From Octopus bimaculoides (taxonomy: Eukaryota), in the NCBI RefSeq assembly GCF_001194135.2, contig NC_068991.1:51540621-51604620 (forward strand): a stretch of DNA of 64,000 nt. Reading direction: 5' to 3'. The notes below the pieces were generated by a model. That model was not told the DNA's origin and searched no databases. It saw only the letters and a list, made by a program, of their open reading frames with translations. Below, one piece after another: positions 36,771 to 50,302 of the stretch (position 1 is its first letter; the number at the start of each line of letters is the position of its first letter). Position numbers and translations under genes: made by a program.

Positions 36771-37929
36771 ACACATACACACGCATCATTACAATGTTCA
36801 TGGCGTTGCATTTATTAAGGAGAGAATTGAATTTTGAACCTTAAATACTGGGTGGGTTTTGCATCAGAAGAGGAATATAAAAAAAATGATTAAATTTGTG
36901 AAGAAAAAGTTTCTGTGCCTCCTTGACTCCAAACATTAAATGTATTATACCAAACAGGTCCAACCAAGCTGGACATGATTTGATGTAGAAACCAGACAAA
37001 GTAGATGGAAATAGTGTTGCGGCCTTAAATTCCAATGGGTAATGATTCAGCATAGATTCAGAAAGTACAATGTCGTTAATGTTAACATCATCATCTTCAC
37101 TGTTTTTATGTCTGCTTTCCATACTGGCATAGGTTGGATGAATTGCCATGGCTCAAGTACTTATTGGGAGTCCTTCCCTCATAAATTGGTGCCCTTCCTA
37201 TGACCAACGATTTACAAGGTGTATTGAGTACTTTTTATCATGGCACAAGCTTTGGAGAGTCGTCGTGTTCTTGTCAACATGAGACTAGAGGCTCCTCTCA
37301 AATCTGCTTCCATTTCTAATCGTTCCCTAACCCCTTTATAGAGGGTACTAGTTATATTTTACCATGATACTAGCACTTGGGATGTTGTCATGTCCTCATC
37401 AAAATAGTACTTAAGGGAGCCCTCCAGCTTATGTTTTCTCTTCTCACCTGGCAACCACTCTACTGAGTACCCCAGGTCCAGTATGAATGATGGGCGAGGG
37501 ATGCCTTGTATTGTGTAAGAGTAAAAATTACTATTTCTAAGTTGTGTGTTCACTGAAGACAATATGAATGAGGAAAAGAATGAGAGAAAGCAATGACAGA
37601 AGAGCCAGAATGAGGGAAAGGGTGAAGGATGGTAGAAATTGCAGTGGTCCAAAGAAGAGAGTATTGACTGGTAGTACAGAAAGAAAGGAAACTAGTGTAT
37701 TGGGTGCATACAGGTGTATTGATGGGTGAGTGAGGTTGAATAGTGAAGATGGTGATAAGAAGATTGAATGTGGGTGGGTCCTGTATCATCTGTCATAGTG
37801 GCAGCTAATAGCGGGAAATGAGAAGGGTCAAAGATATGGAGAAAACAGCAAACGTAGACTTGACAGAATGCACACATACACATTTATATATATATATATA
37901 TATATATATCTTTATAAAATACACATAAA

Positions 37930-38690
37930 AATCATCCAGTCCACAGTGTGAAGTGGTTGACATTTGGAAGGAAGGGCATCCAGCCGTAAAAACCTTGCCA
38001 AAACTGATCTCGGCTTTGCTGGTACCATATAAAAAGCACTCAGTCCGCTCTGCAGGGTGGTTGGTGTTAGGAAGGGCATCCAGCCGTAAAAACCATGTCA
38101 AAACAGACAGTAACTTGGTGTAGTCTTCTACCTGGCCAGCTCCTATCAAACTGTCCAACCCATGCCAGCATGGAAGGTGGATGTTAAACAATGATGATGA
38201 TGATGATATATATATATATATACATATATATGATTGATAAAGAAGTGTTGATCATTCAAAGTGGATGGAACTTGTGGAAGAGGGAGACCCAGGAAGACAT
38301 GGGACAAAGTACTGAAGGACAACCTCATGACACTGAACCTTTCTGAGGAGATGACAAAGGTCCAAGATATCTGGCACTGCACTGTACTCAAGAAGATCTG
38401 TCCTCCACAGCAGAAAGGTTATTTCCGCTGATGAAGAGGATTGGCCTGCAAGACCCTGTGCCAGTACCACGTAAAAAGCACTCATGCTGCTACCATGTGG
38501 AAACACTAATGCCGATACCACGTTAAAAGCACCCAGTATGCACTATAAAGTGGTTGGCTTAGGATGGGCATCTAGCTGTAGAAACCAAGCCAAATCAGAC
38601 TGGAACCTGGTGCAGCTCACTGGGTTATCAGCGCTGGTGAAACCGTCCAACCCATGCCAGCATGAAAAATGGACGTTAAAAGAGAATAAT
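37930..38690 (+). mobile_element. Cluster of RTE tails and an RTE C-terminal fragment
   Basis: Three AGGAAGGGCATCCAGC-type motifs; KVDGTCGRGRPRKTW at 38250-38310. Confidence 0.75.
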
Positions 38691-38789
38691 GATACACACA
38701 CACACATTTATAGATGCTAACCTCCAATACAACCCCAGATTTAGCATTTGACCCTGCATACATGGGTTGTTGAGTCTTCTTCTGCAAGT

Positions 38790-39120
38790 GCTTAATGCCA
38801 GTTAGCACTGTCCTTTGTCATCTTTTTCATGAAATGTAAGAACTTGAGAGCAGATTTCACTAGCTTGCCCCAACAGGTTCCATTCACTCTGTTTGACACT
38901 TTCTTATACAGCTGTCATCCACAATATACTTCACATACAATACCAGTGCTGTCTTCTCTGTTTCTCACTACGACTGATTTCTCTTAAACCCAGCTTTTCT
39001 TTCAGCTCATTCCTATTCCAATGTTCATGCACGCTGACATTACAGCAGAGCATTCTCACTTCATTTCTTTCATAAATCTTCTGCATTTGAACCGTCTCAT
39101 TGCCATACCTGTTCATTAAA
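38790..39120 (-). mobile_element. RTE C-terminal fragment
   Basis: RNEVRMLCCNVSVHE...LKEKLGLREIS resembles the family RNEASMLRWMCNV...LREKL.+R.I. Confidence 0.6.
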
Positions 39121-40564
39121 ACTTATACATATTGAAAAGACTTCGCATAAAAATATATTTATTACTAGCAAATAGTGTACGATATATGTTCACATATAAG
39201 GCACTTTTGCATAAACTGCTTCCAAGTTTAACAATTATGGGAAAGGAATCATCTCTTGAGCTACATGTAAGACACATAACCACTCATAATCACCACGAAT
39301 AGAAAATATAAAGACTTGTGGGTCATTGCAACAGATCTTGACTTGTGGTTTATATGAGGGGTATTGTAAAATTCATGATTTTATTGTTATTTGATGTGTT
39401 AATGTTTTCAAAAGATCATTTCTGGGAATTTATAGAATATATGAGGGTTTTCTGCTTAGAAAGGGTTCATTGGTCATCAGAGATTGTTCTAATTTTTCTG
39501 CTGCACGGCCAAAAGCTGGCCATCTTCTTTCATGCACTATTCTACAAATACATTCTAATTTTTTACACTGGAAGAATAAATCAACACAATTCTATATTTG
39601 TGAAAAATTATATCATATTGTTTTTTTTTGTTTTTGTTTTTTTTTGTTTGCAACAGGATATTTTTATTTAACACAAATAATTATAGAGATAATGTAGAAA
39701 TAGATGAACAATATAGTGACAAAAACACAGAGACTAAAGTTGAAATAAATAAGACACTATGAGTAAATATTGTATCAATATTTACTTTTATGATCACTAA
39801 GTTAACACTGGTACACACAGGCTATGAACATTCACATTTACTCTCACTCAATGTGACAACAATGTTTCGTATCTGCCAATTGCATAAAGTCTTGTAACGC
39901 CATCTGTTGAGCTTTAAAGAAGCTAATATTTATTGGTTGGAGAAACACTGACTTGATATAATAACAGAAAATAACTCCGTGTTCAGTATACTTTTTGGTA
40001 ATTGGTTGATATCCTTCATTCTCAATTGAAAAGAGGAAGTCACAGTCCTAAGACAACATTCTGCATCCTATACCATGATATATTCAGGTACCTGTTCCAT
40101 TGGGATCTTTTCTGATGAATCAATAAGTTAAAGGGACGGGGTACATATAAAGACACAAAGACACACATATATATAAGTATATATATATATATATATATAT
40201 TTCACTGTTTCGTTTTCCTGTCTTGTTTTCTGTCCGCCACTATCCTCCACGAAAAAAAAATTTAATTTGTGTTCGTGGGAAGAGCCATTTTAACGATGCA
40301 TCCTGCCCTAACTCTTTGAAATGCCAGTGTTTTAATGGTGGCAGCTGATGAAGGATATGTTCTCTATGTGGCCTGCTTGTTTTTTGTACCTTGTTTATCA
40401 TTTTGTCTATGTTTATTTGCAAGTCATGTACCCAGATATGCATCTATATGTACATGTAGATGAAGGTATGTACATACATGTACATATATATGCATATACT
40501 CATATATTGTTTGTATATATATATCCAACACATGCTAGCATGGAAAGCGGATGTTAAACGACGA

Positions 40565-40599
<35 letters not shown>

Positions 40600-40600
40600 C

Positions 40601-40985
40601 GTTTATGTATTTGTTTTGCAATATTCCTGATGTGAAATCATGTGTTGTAACAGATATTGTTATATTTCAGGATGGCCATTTTTTTTTACTTCACAAATAA
40701 ACACCCGTGCTATATATTTGTTCTTCACTTGTCTATCATTGTTCTTATTGTATGTCCATTGTCCAAAAATCTTTTGTTACACATCACATAACCTCTTCAG
40801 CGACTCTTCATCCCACGTTTAGCATGGACTAAACAGAACAGGAAATATATGGGATGGAGAGTTGGTGAAGAGGTCACAGGATGTGTGACAAAAGATTTCC
40901 AGACGATGGACATAAAATAAGAACAATAATAAACAAGTGAAGAATGTATAGTGCATGTGTTTAGTTGGCAAAGAAAAAGAAATAT
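40601..40985. mobile_element. Foldback MITE (same family as 53343-53750)
   Basis: 40710-40820 is inverted at 40850-40960; start GTTTATGTATTTGTTTTGCAA shared with 53343. Confidence 0.7.
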
Positions 40986-41029
40986 AAATATATATGTGCA
41001 TGTGTGTGCATATACTCAATGGGCTTCTT

Positions 41030-41175
41030 TCATTTTCTACCTACCAAATCCACTCACACAGTTTTGGTCAGCCTGAGAGTATAATGGAAAAAACTCAAGG
41101 TGCCATGCAGTAACACTGAACCTAGAACCATGTGGTTGGGAAACAAATTCCTTACCACAAACCCACACCTGCACC
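41030..41175 (-). mobile_element. SINE family A, 5' part
   Basis: Reverse complement of the head motif (GAACCATGTGGTTGGGAAAC...CTTACCACA). Confidence 0.7.
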
Positions 41176-41279
41176 TTCACAGCCACACCTGTCAATTTTC
41201 TTTTTAACACTTTTTCAATTTTTACATGTCATATGTAAACTTTTCGGGGTGTTACTTGTTTACTTTGTTAAACGGTACT

Positions 41280-42260
41280 AACATCTTTCTTTCTCTCATT
41301 TTTCTCAGGATAAGATAATGAGAGCTCCAGGAAAAGCTCAATACAATACAGATAGGGAAAACAGTTCCCTGTATCTGGATATTACTAGATGGATCCAGCC
41401 AGTCTCTACTGGTTTTGCTGATGGTATTATTTGCAGAATTTGTAAGAGTGGTAAGCTTAATTTGAGCAAGATAGTTACCAGTGCAATAAAATTGCACATG
41501 AAGGGCCTCTTGCCAGATCATAGAATTTTAACAGAAATAAGTGGCATACATAATAATTCTCTTTCCATCTCTGGAAACTCATCATCTGCTGCCAGTTCTG
41601 TTGATTCTGGAGTTTCAAGATGTAACATTGATTAAAACTGTTCAATTAAATCAACCAAATAAATGTAACTTATCATCAAGCACTGATAATTCTGTTCAGT
41701 CAAGCAAGCCAAGTCAATCCACAACATCTATCGTACAAGCAGTCATCAAGAGGGAATTCAAACAAGTTGTTAAATGTAAGATACTGTGTGTCTTTCATGT
41801 TGTCTACAAGCACCACAGTTGGGACAGTTCAGGCAGTAGGTCAGAATTGCTTCAAGCAATGTTCCCTGGTAGCAGTATTGCCAAAGAATTTTCTCTCATT
41901 AATGAAGCTAAGCTGCATTATAATTCACATCTTTTTCTTTTTTAAAGCAGAAACCAAGAGTGAATTAGCGCCAAAAGGCACTAGACTGCTACCCAACTTT
42001 GTGACCTGTTTTGATGAGTTGTTTTAATAAATTCAGTTTTTCAACACAACTGGATATTCATATTATTTATTCTGATGAAGTTACTAACAGAATCAAGTGA
42101 GATTATCTTTGATCCCAGTTCATGTGGCATTTGAGTGATTTTTAAGGAAGCATTCATAAGACTGGATGTTGGAAACAATTTGATGCAGTTATCTGTGGAT
42201 TGTCTGCATGTCGACTGGGCATATTATGAAGAATTTGAATAATATTGTTTAATGGAGAAT
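41280..42260 (+). mobile_element. hAT-like DNA transposase remnant
   Basis: BED-like C..C...H region; LQAMFPGSSIAKEFSL resembles MFPDS.IA..F; QLDIHI...SQFMWH resembles QMD+H+RFW...S.F+GH; many stops. Confidence 0.55.
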
Positions 42261-42639
42261 CCAAATGCACCATCACTAACAATTGTGATTCTTTCATTTT
42301 CTTTCAGTCCACTTCCTTTCATTTGTTCCCCTTTGTTATCCATAAAACAAAAAAATCACCAGTCTCTCTCAAACCCTTTTTCTATATTTCATTATGCTTT
42401 TAAAATGTGTTTATTATGCATGAGATTTTTCTTGGATTTCATAACTCTTAATGCTGTATATTGTACTATTATGACCAGTGTGCAGACTTTCCTGTATAAA
42501 CTTGCCTTATAATACTAAAATCTAAAGTCTGTTAGTGTGCTCCTGGATTTTTGAGAAAACTGTACATTGTAGTAATAGAATGCTTCTTACTAATTTACTC
42601 TTTACCTCAAATATTGATATCTGATTTCAGCACAAGGCC

Positions 42640-42820
42640 AACAGTTTTGATAGGAGGGGTTAATTGATATTTTATGGGTACTGCTACTTTATTTTATTGA
42701 CCCTGAAAGGATGAAAGGCAAAGTTAACCTGTGTGGAATTTTCGCTTAGAATGTTGAGCCAGAAAAAATACCACTAACAATTTTTGACATGCTAGTGATT
42801 TTGCTAGCTCATTGCCTTCC
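42640..42820 (-). mobile_element. SINE family B, diverged
   Basis: GAAAGGATGAAAGGCAAAGTTAACC motif. Confidence 0.7.
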
Positions 42821-42904
42821 TTTTGCATAAAATAATTTTGTACATTTCTTGGCCCTAGACCCTCAAAATAAAAGTATTTTGTTACTCATTATATCAGTAT
42901 GATA

Positions 42905-43288
42905 GTGGAGGTGCAATGGCCCAGTGGTTAGGGCAGCAGACTCGCAGTCATAGGATCGCGGTTTCGATTCCCAGACCGGGCGTTGTGAGTGTTTATTGAG
43001 CGAAAACACCTAAAGTTCCACGAGGCTCTGGCAGGGAATAGTGGCGAACTCTGCTGTACTCTTTCACCACAACTTTCTCTCACTCTTACTTCCTGTTTCT
43101 GTTGTGCCTGTAATTCAAAGGGTCAGCCTTGTCACACTGTGTCACGCTGAATATCCCCGGGAACTACGTTAAGGGTACACGTGTCTGTTGAGTGCTCAGC
43201 CACTTGCATGTTAATTTCACGAGCAGGCTGTTCCGTTGATCGGATCAACTGGTACCCTCGACGTTGTAAGCGACGGAGTGCCAACAAC
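42905..43288 (+). mobile_element. SINE family C, full length
   Basis: GGAGGTGCAATGGCCCAGTGG (A box), GGTTTCGATTCCC (B box); tail GGAGTGCCAACAAC. Confidence 0.88.
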
Positions 43289-43937
43289 AGTATGATAAAG
43301 AAACTTACTTCTTTTGCTACACAACTGTCAATAAGAAAATGATATACATGCAAAAGACAGAAATATATATATACAAAAACAGACATACAACAAAGACATT
43401 CATGAAAACAAACACATATACACATAATATATATAATTTAGTTGGTGAATACCTTGATGAATAAGGTAAGCAGTTATGAACAGATAATCATTCTTATGTC
43501 TGTTAAAGTTTAAATACATGGACAATGGATGCAACATTATTTCTCTTTGTTACATACTCTTGATGAGAAGGGGGTGGGTTTTTTTAAAAAATTGTTTAGG
43601 AAATGATATACAAAATTGGTAATATAATTTAAATTCATAAACCAAAGTATAGTTTTATAAGTTAATAATGCCTTATGTACTTGATGTGAATGATGTCAGG
43701 TAAACTTGTAAATAAGTTTTGAATAAATTATCTCAAGTTTCAAAAATGGCATATTTCCTTTTTTATGAGACTATGACTTGTATTTTCATGAGATTCTATG
43801 ACTCTTCAATTGCATTGGCATATGATGCTACATCAATGGGATCCACATGAATCAGTGAACTGAGAATTCAGGTTGGAATAGCCATTACATAAACTATCAG
43901 CTTCATGTTATTGACAACATTTATCCATTATAAATGC

Positions 43938-44250
43938 AAGCATGACTGTGTGGTAAGTAGCTTGCTTCTCATCCACATGGTTCCAGGTTCAGTCCAGTAT
44001 TTTCTACCATAGCCTTGTAAGTGGATTTGGTAGAGAGAAACTGAAAGAAGCCTGTTGTATAAATGTATCGGTGTCTTTGTTCCTTGCAACTGCTTGACAA
44101 ATGGTGTTGGTGTGTTTACATCCCTGTTACTCAGTGGTTCAGCAAAAGAAATCAACAGACTATCAGGCTTCAAAAAAATTTGTACTGGGGTCAATTCATT
44201 CGACTAAAAATTACTTTGTGGTGCCCCAGCATAGCCACAGTTTAATTACC
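43938..44250 (+). mobile_element. SINE family A, diverged
   Basis: Head, body and tail motifs with an internal deletion. Confidence 0.7.
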
Positions 44251-44649
44251 AAAATAAAAAGAAGGTAAAAGATAAAGATTGGTGTTTATTGACAATTATT
44301 AATGGGTTTTCAATCTGATTCATGGATTTCTATTCAATTTTTCAATCCACCTAGTTTGTATGTGTATGGGAGGTAAGCAGACCAAATGGAATGCAGAATA
44401 TCAATCATTGCTTTTCCAATCTAGATTCACTTCTTCAGTTCACTCCCTCTCTCTCAAGTATTGCCTGTCTATCTATATACTACATTTATTACCATTCCGT
44501 GTCTCTCTTTATTCCTGTAAATTAGTTGAATGGTTGCAATCATATTGTAACAACTTCTGAACCAACATAATTTAAAATATTGGTAATTTCATAAAAAACA
44601 ATAAGATTTCAAGGTGGCCTCTCAAAGACACATTGACTGCAAGAAGACA

Positions 44650-45120
44650 TGGCTACCTGTTCTTCAAAAACCAATGTAAGTGACCTCTCCTTATTTACTT
44701 TTCTCCCAACTAACCTAGTTACACTCAGAGTAAGGTATATAAATCTATATAGCTTGGAAACAAGGTCACTATGACGTAGATGTGACAGCTATCAGTGAAA
44801 CCAAGATTTTCCAAGATATAGTGACAAGTACCTATTTTTGGAGTGTAAACATCTTTTAGTAGTCAACCTGGGTCAGGGAGTATTGATCTAGAAAGGTCTA
44901 CATCTAAACTTACAATCTTAGATAGTAAATTAGTAGGGCAGGATGTGATGGTACCTTCAGACTAGTAAACTGCTATATCTCTAAGTCACTGAGTCCCTTA
45001 ATTCTAAAGAACCATGTTTACCATTCCTTGATAAAACTGGTTCTGGATTCTGCATCATTTACAATGATGATGCTTCTAATTTCAGTTTTACCATCAAGTC
45101 TATTGCAAACTATTTGCTCA
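44650..45120 (+). mobile_element. Old LINE AP-endonuclease remnant (RTE-like)
   Basis: YDVDVTAISETK resembles Y.+DIAALSETR. Confidence 0.45.
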
Positions 45121-46967
45121 AATATGAACAATAAAAGATTTAATTAACCTGCCAACATATGTCAGTTTTATCATTTCTGATTTGTTCAAAAGCGAACAGC
45201 TGAGCACAGACATGAAGAAAATATAACAAAACCAAAATCTATCTTAAGAGTTTGTTTGGTGCTGAAATTTAAATAAACTGAACCAAAAACTGCACACATA
45301 AATTAGATTAACAAATAGAAAATTCACTCATTTCAAAAAGAACCAACTACAGAAAATGATACAAATATTTATTTAGTGAAAAATAGTGATATTTTATTCC
45401 ATGGCTCATTTATGTGACACTGTCAGATAACCTTTGAACAGCAGTCAAGGATAAAAAGCATTAATTTCCAATCGGTGGGACAGATATCCAATAATTACAG
45501 GTGAAAAAGGTGATGCAGAAACAAGTGTACTGAAAGAAGTTTAGTAATGTGTTGTGACCATTGAGCAGTTGTCAATACTATTTAAAAGCATTGGATTTTA
45601 CTTCAGAGTTCATCAGAGGAGAAATTATAGACTTATTTACACAACATAATAGTTTATATATTTTCCTGAAAAGTAAGCTATATTTCCTTTATAAATAATG
45701 TTAGAGAGTGTGAAGTATACTTTTTAAAAGATTACAACACTAAGTGATAGGGAAAAGCAGCAAATAGCTATTTGGAAGGTTGAGCAGAGTGATGAAAATA
45801 TTAATTACACTGCTACCATTACTGACTAATTTGCATATTTAATAAATAATTAACTCCCCAAATATTAATTAGGCTGCTATCCTTATCTAATGATTTACAA
45901 ACTTCTAAATTTATTGATTAGACTGCTATCCTTATCAATTGATTTGCATATTTAACAATTAACTCTGAAATGTATTTCTACATTCTTTTCTTAAGCACAA
46001 AAAAAAAAAATTTGTAATTTTTTTTGGTGGTTAAAAAGAATTAATTTTTATAAATTTAGTCTTATAGACGATCAATTTGGATAAACAACTTAATAACCAT
46101 TAATAATAAAAATATATCAAAATAAATTTAAAGTGCCCTACAAAATTGTACTTGTGAAAATCTTTTTTGTTCATTTTCAAAATATTTTGCTTTTAATTTT
46201 AAAAGCGAGATTAACTGAAACAAAATTCAGTAAATGTTCTCTTAGCTTCAATAATGTCAGTCTTTGAATGGAGCTAATTTGAAACAAATTCAAAAAATAT
46301 TTCTTGATAAATTCCTAAATAATTCAAAAAATTGTACTCTTAACAACAGTTTGAGTCAACTGAAGGTAAAGTTGGAGTGATTGTAAAATAATTGTAAACA
46401 TGAACATTGGAACAAAAAGAGATTAATCCCATAAACTACATATCTGGAATAATATTGCACTAAAACGTCTCTATGCATTCCTGAAGAATTATTTAATAAA
46501 TTCCACTTGGTGCATGGCATATAAGGATCAGAAATGTACAGTCATCCTGCATTGGTGACTTATGAAATAAACGGAGAATCAAAGTGGGTGTGATATACAG
46601 CATTTATCAAGATGTCTGTTGTCCTGTCAGTTACCAATACGCTTGGCTAATAATCAAGTTGTCACATAAAAATGACAAGTCATCTTTCTTAAGTAAAGAA
46701 GAATCTTAAGAATTTTACCCACGGTACAAAACAGTGACTAAAATTCTTCAGATTGCTGAGAGCAGAATACGAAAAAAAAGATCATAGCTGTATCATACAT
46801 ACACCAAAATAAGAATTTAAGCAAATCAGCCAACAGAACCATTGTAACCAGATGACACTAACAAGGATAGTTGGAAGATAGTGAGAGGGAGACATCTAGA
46901 CATAATTTACGGGAGTTTATCAGGAGCCTCTGTTGTACAAGTTAATGCCACTGCTGTCTCATGTAGT

Positions 46968-47010
46968 TCAAGCAATTTCAGGTTCTCCAGTTAAGAGTGA
47001 AAGTATCATG
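46968..47010 (-). CDS. CNIH4: CNIH4 exon 5 (N|MILSLLTGEPEIA*)
   Basis: TTTCATTTCAG acceptor in phase 2; matches human S|MILALIND; TGA stop. Confidence 0.85.
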
Positions 47011-48170
47011 CTGAAATGAAAATTAAAATGTTATATTACTTTATGAGTAATATCATCATCATCATCATTGTTGAATGTCTACTTTATTCGGCTCGCATGT
47101 TGTCAAACAGAATTTGTTAAAGTGAATTTTCATGGTAGGATGCCCATTTTATAATTTTTTCAGATGTTATATTTCTCTAGTTCACATGCTTTACTGATAT
47201 ATAATAAATATTGTCATGGTTAAGAAGTTTGTTTTCCAACCATATGGAATTGGATTCAGTCTCAATACATGGCACCTTGGGCAAATGTCTTCTAATATAA
47301 CCCCAGGCCACCCTAAGTCTTTCAAAAGGATTTGGCAGACAGAAACTTTAAAAGAAGCCAGGCGATAATCATTTGTTTACAGTCCACCACAAAAGCACAT
47401 CATTGTTTCTTGACATGTTTTAACATGTGCAATCTTTGTAAACAAAAGGCTTGTTCTTATGGTGTTGTTTTTTCCAGTTCTACACATAACCATCTCTGGG
47501 GTTTGCTGTTCAATAGATAGATTATTACTTCACTTGATAGTAGAGGTTGGTGACAGGAAAGGCATCCAGCTGTAAAAAACTGACTCATGCAAACTTGGAA
47601 AAGTAGTCATTACAATGATGATGAAATCAAAATCATATGTAACTCATCAATCTTTAATGGTTTTAAACATCAAATTCATTTGTTAATGGTGATAATAATA
47701 ATAGATATTATAGTTGAAAGTCTTGGAAAGGAAACACATTTGAGAAAGAAAAAGTCAGCAACAAACAAGCAGTTAACTGAAAGAACATTTTCCTGATTAG
47801 AACCACCTGCTATATGGACACAAAACTGACTCACAAATTCAAGCAAGGAGCAATTTGCAGTAAAACACAAAGAACATGCTTTTTGATTCAGCACAGAAAA
47901 GATAATTTAACCATCAACTAACCAATGTCTGAAAGGGTAGACTTAAGTCATTATCACAGCAGGCCTTTCAGAATACAGTGACTAGTTATGAGTCACTGGT
48001 GAACACACAGATAGATGTAAACTTGGCATGGAAATGGTTTGTAGAACGGAGAGAAGTGGAAGTGTTAGGTTCGAGAATTATAATACTAATACAGTTCTAT
48101 ATTTAAGAGATGAGAAATTATGTACATTATTTACATTTGACGGATATTTGTCCTCATCTTGTTTGTTGTT

Positions 48171-48216
48171 AACACAATGTTTCGGCTGATATACCCTCCA
48201 GCCTTCATCAGGTGTC
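48171..48216 (-). ncRNA. Minimal type-I hammerhead ribozyme motif (best-preserved copy)
   Basis: GACAC-CUGAUGA-A-GGCUG[GAGGGUAUAU]CAGCC-GAAA-CAUU-GUGUU: stem I, core boxes and stem II are intact; stem III reads ACAU rather than palindromic ACGU. Confidence 0.75.
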
Positions 48217-48279
48217 TTGGGGAAATTTCGAACCTGGGTTCTCATTCCTAAGGTATTTTTCAATGTTATTATTATTCAG

Positions 48280-48351
48280 GTCACTGCCTGGAATAGAACT
48301 CAGAATCTTGGGGTTAGTAGCCCACACTCTTAACCACTATGCCATATGCCC
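48280..48351 (-). promoter_or_regulatory. tRNA-like Pol III internal promoter in the Penelope 3' region
   Basis: GGGCATA TGGCATAGTGG (A box) TTAAGAG...GAGTTCTATTCC (B-box-like); partial D, anticodon and T arms; no acceptor-stem 3' half. Confidence 0.7.
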
Positions 48352-49515
48352 ATGGACAATTATGGAGTGAATTTTAGGGCTTTAATATTTTCCTATCCTT
48401 CCTTAATACTGGCTCCCTTATGCTATTCATATCTGCACTCAATCTGCTTAAGAGGTTGTTGTGTCCTAGCATATGTGCTGCTTCTTTTAGTTTTCGTATT
48501 TTCCAGGGGTATTCTCTGTCTATTATTTTAACTTCATCTCACAGGGGGAGGTGGTCTCCATTTTTCCATACATAATCAGCTATACCTGATTTACCAATAT
48601 CTCCTTGTGTCACAGCTTTGCGATGTTCGTCTGCCCTTACTTTGAGGGGGCGGCATGTTTCGCCTTTGTATAACCTACCACAGCTGCATGCGACATGCGA
48701 TGGAATACATGCAGTCTTTGGTCATATTCTCTTCTATTGGTGGTTTTACTCGAAGGAGATATTTGTGAAGTGTTGTATTACTCTTGAATACTGTCCTGAT
48801 GTTATATGGGCTGCATATCTTTTGTATCTTTGCAGCGAGGCCTTTCACATAGGGTAAACAGACTGTGGACAGTTTATTGGTTTCATCCTCTTTCCTTCAT
48901 AATTGGAGTGGATAGTATGTTTTTGGGGTAGTTGTTGCTTAACAGATTGTTACTGAGCTTGATCACTTCTTCGTGGTGTACTGATCATGATTGCGACTTA
49001 TATTCTTTGCTCGATGTTTTAGGCACCGAGCAATCTCTCTTTTTACACTGTATAGATGGTGGGAACTGAAGTTGAGGTATTGTCCAGTGAAGGTCAGCTT
49101 GCGGTATACGGATGTCCTGAATCCATACTTGGTGCATGTTATTAATACGTCCAGGAATGCTAGCTGATTGTCTTTTTCCTTTTCCATTATGAACTGTATA
49201 GATGGCTTTATTGAGTTCACATGATCTTACAGCACATAGACATCTTCTTGGTGGGGCCAGAGTATAAAAGTGTCATCAACATATTAGAGCCATAGGGTTG
49301 ATTTTAGTGGTGTTGATCCTAAAGCCAAATTCTCAAAGCATTCCATGTATATATTAGCTATTATCAGTGATAATGGCGAACCCATAGCTAAACCCTCTTC
49401 TCGTCGATATATATCAGTGTCCATACTGGAGTAGGTAGTTTCTACACAGAAGGTCAACATAATAATAACATCGAAAAGTATCTTAGGAATGAGAACCCAG
49501 GTTCAAAATTTCCCC

Positions 49516-49557
49516 AAGACATCTGATGAAGGCTGGAGCGTATATCAACTGAAACGT
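49516..49557 (+). ncRNA. Hammerhead motif, inverted copy
   Basis: CTGATGA-A-GGCTG...CAACT-GAAACGT; retains the palindromic ACGT, stem II damaged. Confidence 0.6.
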
Positions 49558-49914
49558 GCTAACAACAAACAAGATGAGGACAAATATCCGTCAAATGTAA
49601 ATAATGTAAATTATAACACAACTTAATATGTTCATATCAAACAAGGTCAAACAGAATCCAACATCTGATGTTTGTGAAACATCAGATGTTGGATTCACAC
49701 ACACTTCTGATTGATTGATTTGATTTTGTTTCAGAAATGATACAAGGATATAATATTGAGAAGCTGTAACAACAGTGAAATATGTATCTGTCACTCCTAA
49801 GGCAATTTGGTTCACTTAGCTCTGAAGTATATTGTACTTTTTAACACAATATGTCTATAAAGGGATTTTTCCTGGATGTAAAACTACAGCTTATGGCTTT
49901 TTAACAACACACAT

Positions 49915-50230
49915 ACATTATGCTATATTCTCTTCATAGTGGTTTCTCCAAGTCTCTTTCCTTGCAGCCTCGTTAAATGCAAGTGAGCAGTCATCTATGT
50001 GGACACATTTCTCTCCCACGACATCACAATTCTCTCTCACACACTGTCTTGCAACACGAAATACCTCAAGTCTTTGGTCCTCACAACACAGAACATTGGC
50101 AAACTTTTTCTTATCTGCTTCCCCTCTCACTAAATAAACCTGTCTCCTAGCTTCCCTTCTGGCAGTCTGATACAATTCCCTGCTACCATCTTTCTTCCAG
50201 TCCTTCCATGCCTGTTTCTTTTCCCTAATG
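49915..50230 (-). mobile_element. RTE LINE fragment (between APE and RT)
   Basis: YQTARREARRQVYLVRGEADKKKFANVL...DVVGEKCV. Confidence 0.75.
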
Positions 50231-50302
50231 GTCCTGTCAACTGCATTGTTCCACCACCACGTTACCTTGGGTCAAGAGGGGACTTTGCACCAATACTTTT
50301 AC

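Larger units (their letters stand above)
48087..49608 (-). mobile_element. Penelope-like element (RT C-terminus plus GIY-YIG), 5'-truncated with inverted terminal copy
   Basis: NSIKPSIQFIMEKEKDNQLAFLDVLI...YRKLTFTGQYLNFSSHH; CSCGRLYKGETCRPLKVRADEHRKAV...KLKEAAHM; 49470-49608 is an inverted copy of 48115-48265; flanks AATTATAATAC / AATTATAACAC (10/11). Confidence 0.9.

Noticed and set aside
42905-42985. tRNA-like sequences at SINE heads (also 4730-4810, 48280-48351, 60890-60957)
   Set aside because: They have A and B boxes but no complete cloverleaf or acceptor stem, and they run into repeat bodies, so they are not tRNA genes.
45390-45545. HG..YVTLSR-like PIF1/Helitron helicase motif
   Set aside because: It needs a frameshift, the spacing to the KEV-like end is too long, and no other helicase motifs are nearby.
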